From positions 74,663 through 138,662 of the forward strand of contig CALSSD010000003.1 of assembly GCA_943788915.1 (NCBI GenBank): a DNA stretch of 64,000 bases. Reading direction: 5' to 3'. Shown here in pieces: positions 51,105 through 60,790 of this stretch (position 1 is its first letter; every line of letters starts with the position of its first letter). The position numbers were made by a program, and so were the translations under genes. Origin of the DNA: an uncultured Acidimicrobiales bacterium (lineage in GTDB: Bacteria; Actinomycetota; Acidimicrobiia; Acidimicrobiales; UBA10347). The notes beneath the pieces were generated by a model. The model searched no databases. It saw nothing but the letters and a program-made list of their open reading frames with translations, and was not told where the DNA came from.

Positions 51105-51524
51105 GTGAGTACCTACCCGTTTCTTTCGCCGTCGTGGATCGAACAGGCCCGAGCGATTCACGACGAATACAAGGACCGAGTTGATCAACCGGCTGAGTCA
51201 CTCCGTATGAACGTGACGGTGACCGGCGCTCCGTTTACCGACGACCTTGTGCTTGGCCATATTGACACCACGAACGGCTCTGTGGTCCCGGATGACGGCC
51301 ATATCGATGGCCCTGATGTCTCGGTCACACTGCCGTACGGACTGGCCCGTCAGCTGTTGGTTGAACCGCTGCCTGAAAACGTCATGATCGCGTTTATGAC
51401 TGGTGAAATCGAAGTACAGGGCGACATCACGTTGATGATGTCGCTGCAAGACCTCGAGGCTTCGCCAGAGCAGCAGGCGCTGGCCGAAGAGGTCGTCGCT
51501 CGCCTCATGGCCATCACCGAATAG
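51105..51524 (+). CDS. SCP2 sterol-binding domain protein
   Basis: YPFLSPSWI, PDVSVT, AFMTGEIEVQGD; start GTG 51105. Confidence 0.8.
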   Translation: MSTYPFLSPSWIEQARAIHDEYKDRVDQPAESLRMNVTVTGAPFTDDLVLGHIDTTNGSVVPDDGHIDGPDVSVTLPYGLARQLLVEPLPENVMIAFMTGEIEVQGDITLMMSLQDLEASPEQQALAEEVVARLMAITE

Positions 51525-51555
51525 CTGACAGGCACGGTTGCGCTGCCGGCGTTGC

Positions 51556-53829
51556 TTAGCCGTCGGTTTCGTCTTCTTCGTCTTCTTCAACTGGGTCATT
51601 GAGGATGATCGTGACTTCGGTGCCGACATCGACTTCCGCGCCGATTGGCGGCAGAGAACCAATGACCTCTTCACCAGGGGTGCCGGTCGTATCGATGAAG
51701 ATGAGCCCGAGTGCCTCGATTACATCGACCGCCTCGTCGAGTTGCAGGCCGACGATGTCGGGCATGTCGACCGGTTCCGGGCCAGCACTGACAAACAGGG
51801 TGACTGCGGAGTCAGCCGGGACCACTTCGCCTCCTGGCGGAAATGACGCCAGTACGGTTCCGACCTCGACGTCGGGGTCGAACGTTGGTTCTTCGAAGGC
51901 TTGAAGCCGAAGACCAACCAGCAAGCTCGTCGCGTCGCCGATGCTGAGCCCAACAACACCGGGTGGCACGATGCGGTCCTCGGGTCCAGCGGAGACCCGT
52001 AGGTCAACACCCTGGCCAGTCGGCATCTGCGTGGTCGGCTCGTCGAGGCCGATAACGAGTCCTGCATCGAGCGCCTCGTTTTCCTCTTCTGTCACGCGAC
52101 CGACCACAAGCCCGACTGTGCCTAGCCTGGACGCCGCTTGATCAACCGTGAGTCCAACAATATCGCTCGGAATCTCGACCATCTCGTTGCCCAACGACAC
52201 CGTAACCGTCAACCGGTCATCGGATTCGATCGGTTCGCCAGGGCCAGGATCCTGCGAAATCACCGAGCCCACAACCGTGCCATCGACTCGATCCTCGAGC
52301 CGGATGACCTCCCAGCTTCGACCTTCGAGCCGACCAGCAATTTCGTCGAACTGCACACCAATCAGGTCGGGAACCGCCGCGGAATCTGCGGTCTCGTCGA
52401 GTGCAACGAAATACACCCAGGCAGCGGTCGCCCCAGCAATAAGCACGACAAGGAGCGCCAGCGGCCACCACGGCAGTCGGTCATCGGCGTCGTCCGCGGT
52501 TTCTTCGTAGGCAACCCGTGTGCTGCGGCCGGTCGGCGCTGGTTGCGGAACATCGAGTTCGGCTTCGACCGAAACACCGGAGACCTGAGCAAAAACAGGG
52601 TCTGCTTGCTCGAGGTTCTCAAGGCCGCCGACGCTGGCGGCATCTTTGGGAACGCTGTCGTCGACAACGTGACCCTCAACCACGCGATCCTCAGGAACGC
52701 GATTCTGAAGAACGGCGTCCTGTGCAACGTTTTGGTCCGGAACCCTGTCCTGAGAAACCCTGTCCTTGGGAAGCCCGTCCTCGGTTGCGAATGCATCAGT
52801 GCCATCGGGGTCGCGTACGACGGAGGCATCGAATCCATTGTCTGCAGCCGGTCCGACGTTTTGGTCCGGTTGACCGGGTTCGGCCATCTCGGTAAGCGCT
52901 TCGGAAGACTTGGCAACAAACCGTGAGCCGCCCGAAACGAGCAACGTCACTTCGTTCATGTCACCCTGGTAGCCGATCCCAACCACAGGCAGGGCTTGGG
53001 GACGCGGCATTCCTTCGGCCGTGGCCAGCAGCGAAATCGCGAGTTCTTCGGCTTCGGGCCGCTGCTGCGGATCGACACGACCACAGCGCTCCAGCGACGG
53101 CAACAGACCACCAAGCGCTTCGTCGAGCACGGCAGGCGCCTCGGCCCGATCCATCAGCGTGCCCACAACCGTTTCGGAAACCTGCGGTGCGCTGCCACTC
53201 ACTGCTTCGCTAACGACCAGCGCCAGCGAATACATATCACTGGATTCGCCAACCAGACGCCCCCGAGCCTGTTCTGGCGACGCGTAGCGCACATTTTCGA
53301 GTGCACGAGAACTTTGGGCTGCGGGCGCTTCAGCCAGCACCGTGGCCAGGCCGTAGTCGCTGACCCGGACGTGGTGATCAGCCGTGAACAGCACATTGTG
53401 TGGGGTGAGGTTGCGATGGATAGCGCCCTGTTCGTGTCCGTAATTCAGCGCACGTGCGCACTCAAGCGCCATCACCAGCGCTTGGCTAGCCGCTAATCGA
53501 TGGCCTTCTTCGAGCAGCGCTGCCAGGCTTCCGCCCTCGCACAGCTCAGACACGATGTACGGCCCCTTGTCGAATCCCCAGTCCAGAATCTCCACAATGT
53601 TCGGATGACCCAGGACGGACGCGTGTTCGGCGGCTTCGAGCAGGCGTTCGACGAACCGCTCGTCACTGGCAAGGGCAGCATCGAACACCTTGAGTGCGAC
53701 CCGGCGATCCTCGGCCATGTCAAACGCCGAAAAAACCGCGGAGACAGTGCCGACGCCGACAAGCTCTTCGACGCGATAACGATCGTCGAAGACGCGGTCG
53801 ACCATCTCGGTCAGCGCAGTGGGGTTCAT
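51556..53829 (-). CDS. PknB-like Ser/Thr kinase domain, TM and ~4 PASTA domains; probable pseudokinase
   Basis: RYRVEELVGVG, VALK, HPNIV, HRNLTPHN (canonical HRDLKPxN), SDYG, YASPEQ, DMYSL; TM WWPLALLVVLIAG; PASTA VPDLIG..VISQDP. Confidence 0.9.
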   Translation of the reverse strand: MNPTALTEMVDRVFDDRYRVEELVGVGTVSAVFSAFDMAEDRRVALKVFDAALASDERFVERLLEAAEHASVLGHPNIVEILDWGFDKGPYIVSELCEGGSLAALLEEGHRLAASQALVMALECARALNYGHEQGAIHRNLTPHNVLFTADHHVRVSDYGLATVLAEAPAAQSSRALENVRYASPEQARGRLVGESSDMYSLALVVSEAVSGSAPQVSETVVGTLMDRAEAPAVLDEALGGLLPSLERCGRVDPQQRPEAEELAISLLATAEGMPRPQALPVVGIGYQGDMNEVTLLVSGGSRFVAKSSEALTEMAEPGQPDQNVGPAADNGFDASVVRDPDGTDAFATEDGLPKDRVSQDRVPDQNVAQDAVLQNRVPEDRVVEGHVVDDSVPKDAASVGGLENLEQADPVFAQVSGVSVEAELDVPQPAPTGRSTRVAYEETADDADDRLPWWPLALLVVLIAGATAAWVYFVALDETADSAAVPDLIGVQFDEIAGRLEGRSWEVIRLEDRVDGTVVGSVISQDPGPGEPIESDDRLTVTVSLGNEMVEIPSDIVGLTVDQAASRLGTVGLVVGRVTEEENEALDAGLVIGLDEPTTQMPTGQGVDLRVSAGPEDRIVPPGVVGLSIGDATSLLVGLRLQAFEEPTFDPDVEVGTVLASFPPGGEVVPADSAVTLFVSAGPEPVDMPDIVGLQLDEAVDVIEALGLIFIDTTGTPGEEVIGSLPPIGAEVDVGTEVTIILNDPVEEDEEDETDG
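52640..52775 (-). repeat. Degenerate 15-bp (pentapeptide) repeats in the kinase juxtamembrane linker
   Basis: DRVSQ DRVPD QNVAQ DAVLQ NRVPE DRVVE GHVVD DSVPK. Confidence 0.6.
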
Positions 53830-53955
53830 GGCGCACTGATCGTACTTGCCAGCATCGGCCCCCGAGCGGCGCTCTTGGTTGTTCTGTGACGCCAGCCATA
53901 AACGCGACTCGTGTTGAACAGCGGACGCACGGCGCGGACGGCGTACGATTCGATC

Positions 53956-54372
53956 GTGGACTTGCCTTCAGCTAGAACCCGCCGCCTCATCATTTTGTCG
54001 ATGTTGGCGACCGCTGCCGCCCTGTTCGCGATCGCCGTATTCGTGTATGTGGGCAATCCCCGTAGCACGGATCTGCCGGTAGCCATCCAATCGGTCGGCC
54101 CTGAACCGGGTTCGAACGTGCTCAGCCAGACCGATGTCACTGTTGATCTAGCCGTCGGCTACACGGCTGAACTCGAAATCAACGGCATCAAGATTCCCGA
54201 AGAAGAACTCTTTCGAGTCGAGGCATTGAACTCGCTGCGTTACGAGCCACAAGAGGGCAAGGTCGTGCCCCGGTTACTCCCGGATCAGAACTGTGTCCGT
54301 GTGTTCTACTGGCTGATCGCCCAGGGAGCAAGCGACAACACGTCGTACACCTGGTGTTTCGACGCCAGCTGA
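53956..54372 (+). CDS. Hypothetical secreted or membrane-anchored protein
   Basis: N-terminal hydrophobic helix, then a beta-rich domain with two Cys (NCVRVFYW..YTWCF); start uncertain (53911 or 53956). Confidence 0.7.
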   Translation: MDLPSARTRRLIILSMLATAAALFAIAVFVYVGNPRSTDLPVAIQSVGPEPGSNVLSQTDVTVDLAVGYTAELEINGIKIPEEELFRVEALNSLRYEPQEGKVVPRLLPDQNCVRVFYWLIAQGASDNTSYTWCFDAS

Positions 54373-54614
54373 CCCGCTGGTCTACTTGCCCGATTCGAGA
54401 AGCGCTGACATGGACAGGTGTGGCACAGGCATTTGCGCGTGAGGCCCCACCGCTTGTGTCGGTGAATCCGTTGTGGCCGGCGGGAATGGGCGGCTACAAG
54501 CTCCGAAGCTTGCCCACCAGCAGCTCGGCGTTAACACCGGTCATCTCCGGGGAATCACCCAGCTCACGCAAGGTTGGGGTGGCGCACGGCCTGAACCTTG
54601 GCAAGCTATTGGTG

Positions 54615-55530
54615 ATGCAAACACGAGCAGTCTGGGCGCTACGAGCCCTGTGGTTTCTCCTGCCTCTCACCGTAGGACAGGCTGCAAGCGATGCGGTCGC
54701 TTCCGCCGAGCACGCCGTGCCGTTTGTGATGACCGCAGGGCTGTGGGGGTTGTGGGCGGCTGGCATGGTCGCTTCGATGGTGCCGCTGCCGAGCACGCTC
54801 GTCGCCATCCGTATCCTCGCCGTCGGAACACTGCCATTGGCCGCGTGGGCCCTGATTGAGTTGAGCACGGTTGAACTAAAGCACGGTTGACATAAGCAGT
54901 GGTGGAGATCGGTCCGCGCTCGCAATCGCCGCTCTGATGCATGCGTTCGCAGTCGCCATCGTTGCGCTCAATGTGCTCATCGGCGACCGTTTCGTCGACG
55001 GTGGCAGTTACGGCGACGAGCGCCGTATGTTGCTGCGCCCACCGTCACTGGTCGGTTATTTCCTGGTCCCGCTACTCACTGCGGTGATGATCACCGCCGT
55101 TACGACCGGCCCTCTACTCGTTGCCAACAAGAACTGGATCGGGGGCGTTGTCGCCACAGCGCTCGGCGCTGGCGTGATTGCGGTTGGGACCCGAGCGCTC
55201 CATCAACTCGTGCAGCGGTGGATCGTCTTCGTACCGAACGGCATGGTTCTGCACGATTTCTTGGTCGTAACCGAACCAGTCCTGTTTCGCCGGACCGCAA
55301 TCGAACGACTGGGAGCAGCGATCGATGGCAGCCCGGCACGCGACCTATCGAACAAGGCGGCCGGTCTACTCCTCGAGTGTGAGCTGACCGACCCTGCCCC
55401 GCTTGGGCTGCGGGATCCTGCCGACCGCAAAGCAGCGAGCCTGACCGACGTTCGACGTTTCTTGTTCTGCCCAAGCCGCCCTGGTGAACTACTCAACGAA
55501 GCCGAGCGGCGAAATATCGCCACCGACTAA
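54615..55530 (+). pseudogene. Membrane protein interrupted by a 16-bp duplication/insertion
   Basis: AGCACGGTTGA at 54864-54874 and 54880-54890; removing 16 bp joins MQTRAVW.. to ..LSTVDISSGGDRSALAIAALMHAFAV in one frame. Confidence 0.75.
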
Positions 55531-55557
55531 CGCACCACCGACTCGATAGCTAGCTCG

Positions 55558-56583
55558 TCAGACGGCGATGCCGCCACCGACGACAATATCGCCTTCGTAC
55601 AAGACAACTGTTTGGCCAGGGGCTACCCGTTGCTGGGGTGCGGCCCACTGGACACGATTGCCCTGCACCGATGCCGGCTTGGGATTCCCGTGAGCGCTGG
55701 TCTGCGCCACCAAACCATCGGTAATTGGTTGGCCAGCCCAGACCATCGCGTTGAGGTCGACGAAGTCGGTGAGCAGATCTTGGCGGGTTCCGATCGTGAC
55801 CCGCTGAGCAGCCACGTCAACGTCGCTTACGTATCGGGCGGGCGAACCGCCAGGAAGGCCAAGGCCCTTGCGCTGGCCGATCGTGACGAGCTGGATCGAA
55901 TCAACGTGGCCGACCTGATTGCCATCGGTGTCGACGACTTGTGCTGGGGTGTGGGTAAGCCGATCGCCCAGGAATTCATCTCGACTTGTTGTGCTGCTGA
56001 TGAAACAAACGTCTTGGCTATCGGGTTTGTTGGCGACTCGCATACCCATGTCGGCAGCCATCTGGCGAACCACTGACTTCTCCAGACCACCGACCGGGAA
56101 CTCGACCCGAGCCAGATCCTGAGGAGAGATCATGTGGAGGACGTAACTCTGATCCTTGGCGATGTCAACCGCACGAGCGATACGGCGGGTGCCATCGCCC
56201 AGGGTCACGATCTGAGCATGATGGCCGGTCACCACGGCATCGAACCCAAGTGCATCGGCTCGTTCGAGAAGGCGCGCAAACTTGATCGAACGGTTGCATT
56301 CGATGCATGGGTTCGGGGTGCGACCAGCATCGTGTTCGGCCACATACGGTGCGATCACATGGCGTTCGAAGTCGTCGCCGAAGTTGAACACATGGTGGTC
56401 GACACCGATCGCATCGGCAGCCCGACGAGCATCAAGCACATCACTTACGGAGCAGCAGCCCTTGTCAGACGGCCCGCCCCAGAGTTTCATGGTCACGCCG
56501 ACGACCTCGTGGCCGGCTTCGAGCATCATTGCTGCGGCGACCGACGAATCGACGCCACCAGACATAGCAACCATTACTTGCAT
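55558..56583 (-). CDS. mnmA: tRNA 2-thiouridine(34) synthase
   Basis: AMSGGVDSSV, GRTPNPCIECN, TGHHA, KDQSY, KPDSQDVCF, TIGQRKG, PGQ. Confidence 0.97.
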   Translation of the reverse strand: MQVMVAMSGGVDSSVAAAMMLEAGHEVVGVTMKLWGGPSDKGCCSVSDVLDARRAADAIGVDHHVFNFGDDFERHVIAPYVAEHDAGRTPNPCIECNRSIKFARLLERADALGFDAVVTGHHAQIVTLGDGTRRIARAVDIAKDQSYVLHMISPQDLARVEFPVGGLEKSVVRQMAADMGMRVANKPDSQDVCFISSTTSRDEFLGDRLTHTPAQVVDTDGNQVGHVDSIQLVTIGQRKGLGLPGGSPARYVSDVDVAAQRVTIGTRQDLLTDFVDLNAMVWAGQPITDGLVAQTSAHGNPKPASVQGNRVQWAAPQQRVAPGQTVVLYEGDIVVGGGIAV

Positions 56584-56609
56584 GGCACGATTTCCTTCAT
56601 GTCACAGGC

Positions 56610-57800
56610 TTAGAGAGATGCAGTGCGCAATGTCTGCACACATTCGGGGATAATGGCGAGTGCTCGGTCGATGTCGGCATCGGTGGTGCCGAAACCAAGC
56701 GACATACGCAGTGAGCCAGCAGCGAGTTCGCGGGGGTAACCCATAGCGGCCAAGACATGGCTCGGGTCCTGTGCACCGCTGGCGCATGACGATGCAGCCG
56801 ATGCGTAGATACCGACCCGCTCCAGCTTGAACAACAACGCTTCGCTCTCGATACCAGGAAAACACACATGAGCGCTTCCTGCAACCTTCGTGACGTCGGA
56901 GTCGCCGCCACCGCCGATGTTGTCTCGAGCCGATTCAATGGTGTCGGGTAACACCTTCTTGATGCCGTTCACCAAACGATCGCGCAGCGTTGCGATCTTT
57001 TCGACGACCTGCGCCCGCTCGTTAGACATCAGTTCAGCGGCTACGCCAAATGCGGCGATGCCCGCAACGTTGTGGGTGCCACTGCGCAATTCAAACTCTT
57101 GGCCGCCGCCAAGTATCTGGGGCTTGATCGTTGCATCGGAACGCACCACCAGAACGCCGACGCCCTTGGGCCCGCCAAACTTGTGTCCACTCAGGCTGAT
57201 CAGATCGGCCGGTGCTGCCAGTTCAGCGACGTCGAGCCATGGGAATGCCTGCACGGCATCGGTATGAAGAAGCGCATTTGGTGCGTGCTCATCGAGAATG
57301 GCCCGGATGACCTCGAGTCGTTGCACCACGCCGGTTTCGTTGTTCGCCAGCATCACCGATACAACCGCAAGATCATCGTTGGCGATCGACCGCAGCTGGT
57401 CGAGGTCAAGCTGTCCGACGTGGTCGATGCCGATCACAGTGCCACCCAGGTATTCGACAGGATGGAGCACCGCATGGTGTTCCGCTGCCGAACAGGCGAC
57501 ATGGCCGCCCCGCACTGCGTGGGCGCCGAAGATCGCCAGATTGTCCGCCTCGGTGCCGCTTCCGCAAAAGATGATCTCAGACGGCTGGGCCCCCATAGCG
57601 TCGGCGACCTGATCACGGGCATCGTCGACAATTCGACGCCCAACTCGGGCTCGGTGATGCGCGCCAGTTGGGTTTCCGTAACCGTCTTGTGCAGCCTGCA
57701 TCATGGCGGCGAGCGCCTCGGGGCGCATAGGGGTACTGGCGGCCCAATCGAGATAGGTCTCTTCAGCCTCGATAAAGGGGGCCTTGGTAGGTGCGCTCAT
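56610..57800 (-). CDS. iscS: Cysteine desulfurase (IscS/NifS type)
   Basis: YLDWAASTP, GNP, GTEADN, ANNETG, HTDAVQ, SGHKFGGPKG, RSGT, SAASSCASG; upstream of mnmA. Confidence 0.93.
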   Translation of the reverse strand: MSAPTKAPFIEAEETYLDWAASTPMRPEALAAMMQAAQDGYGNPTGAHHRARVGRRIVDDARDQVADAMGAQPSEIIFCGSGTEADNLAIFGAHAVRGGHVACSAAEHHAVLHPVEYLGGTVIGIDHVGQLDLDQLRSIANDDLAVVSVMLANNETGVVQRLEVIRAILDEHAPNALLHTDAVQAFPWLDVAELAAPADLISLSGHKFGGPKGVGVLVVRSDATIKPQILGGGQEFELRSGTHNVAGIAAFGVAAELMSNERAQVVEKIATLRDRLVNGIKKVLPDTIESARDNIGGGGDSDVTKVAGSAHVCFPGIESEALLFKLERVGIYASAASSCASGAQDPSHVLAAMGYPRELAAGSLRMSLGFGTTDADIDRALAIIPECVQTLRTASL

Positions 57801-57864
57801 AACCCTCGTAGGCTATCTGTGCTGACTTGGTCTAATCGCCCGGCCTCAGGGTAGGTTCACAACG

Positions 57865-59260
57865 GTGCTCGAGCGTTACGGCTACAAGAACCTGGTGGCA
57901 GCGGTGTACATCGCCGCCTTGTTCATGCAAATCATGGATGGCACGATCATTAATGTCGCGTTGCCGACCCTGGCCGAAGAGTTCAATGTCGACGCTACGG
58001 CCATGGATTGGACCGTGCTTTCGTTCACCATCGCCCTAGCCGTGATGACTGCTTCGGCTGGCTGGTTTGGGAAGCGGCTGGGACTGCGCCGTGCGTTCAT
58101 GATCGCGCTCGGCGGCTTCGTCGTTACGTCGTTGTTGTGTGGTCTCGCACAATCACTCAACCAGCTGGTCATCGGGCGCGCGCTCCAAGGCGCATCGGCA
58201 GGGATTGATCACCCCGGTCGGATCTGCACTGTTGTTCAATGCGTTCCCCATCGAAGAACGGTCGATCGCATCCCGCAAGGTGATCACTGTGGCGGTGATT
58301 GCACCAGCGTTAGGACCCATCGCTGGTGGCACCATTCTCGAGTTTGCCTCATGGCGGTGGATCTTCTTCGTCAACTTGCCCATCGGTGGCGTGGCCCTGC
58401 TGTTGGCATGGCTCTGGCTCCGCACCGACGACCTCGACGAGCCAACCAGCTTCGACACGTCGGGCTTCTTCCTGCTTGCAGGCGGATTGGGGCTCACGTT
58501 GTATGGCTTGTCACGGGGCGGCGAGCGCGGTTGGGGATCTACACCCATCGTGCTGAGCTTGTTGGTTGGTCTCGTTCTGCTCGCCGCATTGGTCATCGTC
58601 GAGCTTCGCAAGCGACAACCTCTGCTTCAGCTTCGTCTACTTACCGAGCGCAACTTCCGGTGGTTCAACCTGGTCTCGCTACCGGTCTACGCCGGTTTCA
58701 TCAGCCTGATCTATCTACTGCCGTTGTTCCTACAAAATGAAGCTGGCTACTCGCCGTTGCAGGTCGGTTTGGCACTGTTCCCTCAACCGTTGGGGGTGTT
58801 GGTCACCAGCCAACTCGTTGGCCGGTTCCTGTACAAAAGACTCGGCCCCCGTCGTCTCATGCTCACTGGCGCAGCGATTGCCTTTGCTGTTGGCGTTGCG
58901 ACAGCTCGCATTGACACCAACGTGAATCTCTGGTTCGTCCGGGTCCTCATGTTCGGCCGAGGTTTGGGCATGGGTCTGTTCTTCGTGCCTATCCAGTCGG
59001 CGGTGTATGCCCGAACCGATCGCCAATCAATGGGCCAGGCCACCGCGATCTACGGCACCACCCGCCAGGTCGCTCCCGCGTTGGGCGTGGCGATTGCGTC
59101 CACGGTGCTTGCCAATGGCATCGCTGGAAGCACCATCACTGCCGACCGAGTAAGTGGTTACCAAACAGCGATGTTGGCCAGTGCGTTGATGTTCGCCGTA
59201 GCCGGGCTCCTCACGCTCCGACTGCGCGACAAGGACGCCGCCGCAACCATGGCGCCCTAA
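57865..59260 (+). CDS. DHA2 (EmrB/QacA) family MFS efflux transporter, +1 frameshift near 58204
   Basis: MDGTIINVALP, GRALQG, then other frame LITPVG..APALGP..SWRWIFFVNLPIG; extra base in GGGATTGATC. Confidence 0.9.
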
Positions 59261-59263
59261 CCC

Positions 59264-60004
59264 GTGAAGCCTGATTCCCAGCGCCCTGATCCCCGGCTCT
59301 ATGCCCGGTCGTTCGCCGACGTCTACCAGGACTGGTACGGCGACCTCGATGACCCTGCTGTCATGGTTCAGGCGTTCACGGCTCGCTGTTCCCCAGGTGC
59401 TCGCATGCTCGAGCTGGGCAGCGGCACCGGCCGGCTAGCTACACCGCTGCACGATGCCGGGTTCGTGGTTATGGCGCTCGATGCATCACCTGCGATGTTG
59501 GGGGAAGCACCCCACGGACCCCACGTAGCAGCTGCCGACATGGCAGTGCTACCCATTGCCGATAACAGCGTCGACGGTGCACTGATTGCGTACAACACCC
59601 TGCTGAACCTGGCGAGCCGGGCCGACCAACAACGGTGTTTCGCCGAGTTAGCACGGGTTCTGCGTCCCGGAGGGATCGTGGCGATCGAGGCGTTTATTGC
59701 CGACACGACCGACGAATCACCGTTCGGCGTCAGTCTGCGGGACCATCCGACCGACCTCGCCGCTCAATTGGCAATCATCACTGGTCCAGATGAACACGAC
59801 ACCGAGGTCATCGTCGGCAGCCACATCGAAATCGGCACCTCGGTTGTCTGTCGCCCGTGGCGGTTGCTCTACCAGTCTCCCCACGAACTCGATATATGTG
59901 GCGAAGCCGTGGGGTTAGTGTTGCACCATCGGTGCAACGACTGGGCAGGGGCCAGATTCGATCCCGACGGCCATCGCCATGTCAGTTGGTATGAACGGAT
60001 CTGA
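59264..60004 (+). CDS. Class I SAM-dependent methyltransferase
   Basis: FADVYQDWY, LELGSGTGRL, DASPAML, AYNTLLNL, LRPGG. Confidence 0.88.
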   Translation: MKPDSQRPDPRLYARSFADVYQDWYGDLDDPAVMVQAFTARCSPGARMLELGSGTGRLATPLHDAGFVVMALDASPAMLGEAPHGPHVAAADMAVLPIADNSVDGALIAYNTLLNLASRADQQRCFAELARVLRPGGIVAIEAFIADTTDESPFGVSLRDHPTDLAAQLAIITGPDEHDTEVIVGSHIEIGTSVVCRPWRLLYQSPHELDICGEAVGLVLHHRCNDWAGARFDPDGHRHVSWYERI

Positions 60005-60023
60005 TCCGACCTACCATTACATC

Positions 60024-60551
60024 GTGTCACGAACGTCAGCGGAGACCTTACAGGGCAAAGGTCGTGGGTTAACGACCGGTCCAGGCATCGCTGTCGAAGT
60101 CGTCATCGCTGCGCCGGTTACCTTTGTTTGGGACGATGTGCAGGACATCTCGTCGCACGTCGAGTGGATGCAGGATGCCGAAGAGATTCGTTTCCTAACC
60201 AAGCGTCACCGAGGCGTGGGCACCCGCTTCGAATGCAAGACCGTTGTTGGTCCATTCAAGCTGACCGACGTCATGGAAATCACGAACTGGAAACATGCAC
60301 AAGCCATGGGTGTGCACCACCAGGGCATCGTCGCCGGGTTTGGTGAGTTCCGGCTGCGGACAAGCGGATCGAACACCGTCTTTTCCTGGGTCGAGAAACT
60401 TTCCTTCCCGTGGTACTTCGCAGGGCCATTCGGTGCCATGGTTGCTCGCCCGATCTTGAAATCGATCTGGAAGGGCAACCTGCGCCGATTGAAGGCTCGT
60501 ATCGAATCCAACCATGCCAAGCAGCAGTTCGAGAGCTGGGGCACGCAGTGA
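60024..60551 (+). CDS. SRPBCC (polyketide cyclase/START-like) family protein
   Basis: VW..DISSHVEWM, GVGTRF, FSWVEKL.FPW, WKGNL; start uncertain. Confidence 0.85.
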   Translation: MSRTSAETLQGKGRGLTTGPGIAVEVVIAAPVTFVWDDVQDISSHVEWMQDAEEIRFLTKRHRGVGTRFECKTVVGPFKLTDVMEITNWKHAQAMGVHHQGIVAGFGEFRLRTSGSNTVFSWVEKLSFPWYFAGPFGAMVARPILKSIWKGNLRRLKARIESNHAKQQFESWGTQ

Positions 60552-60582
60552 TGTTGGCGACACTTCTGTGCCGGGTTGCGGC

Positions 60583-60738
60583 GTGACTGTTCTCGCTCAC
60601 GAAGGCGGCTGGGACGAGATCCTGATGGTTGGCGGGCCACTGCTGGTTTTTGCCGCAGTGTTATTCCTGGCCAACCGCCGAGCCAACAGCAAACTGGCTG
60701 AAGCCGCCGCCGAGCCCGAAGACTCCGCGGCGGATTAA
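60583..60738 (+). CDS. Small single-TM protein
   Basis: (M)TVLAHEGGWDEILMVGGPLLVFAAVLFLANRRA..; coding-like codon use, same strand as neighbours. Confidence 0.6.
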   Translation: MTVLAHEGGWDEILMVGGPLLVFAAVLFLANRRANSKLAEAAAEPEDSAAD

Positions 60739-60790
60739 CTCCGTAAACCTGATCTGTTCACGACATAACGTCCCCGGGACCGCAGATGGG

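Noticed and set aside
54455..54500. Cobalamin riboswitch (CGGTGAATCCG resembles its P4 region)
   Set aside because: The upstream GGGAA, the downstream ACTGT and the B12 box are not in the expected arrangement
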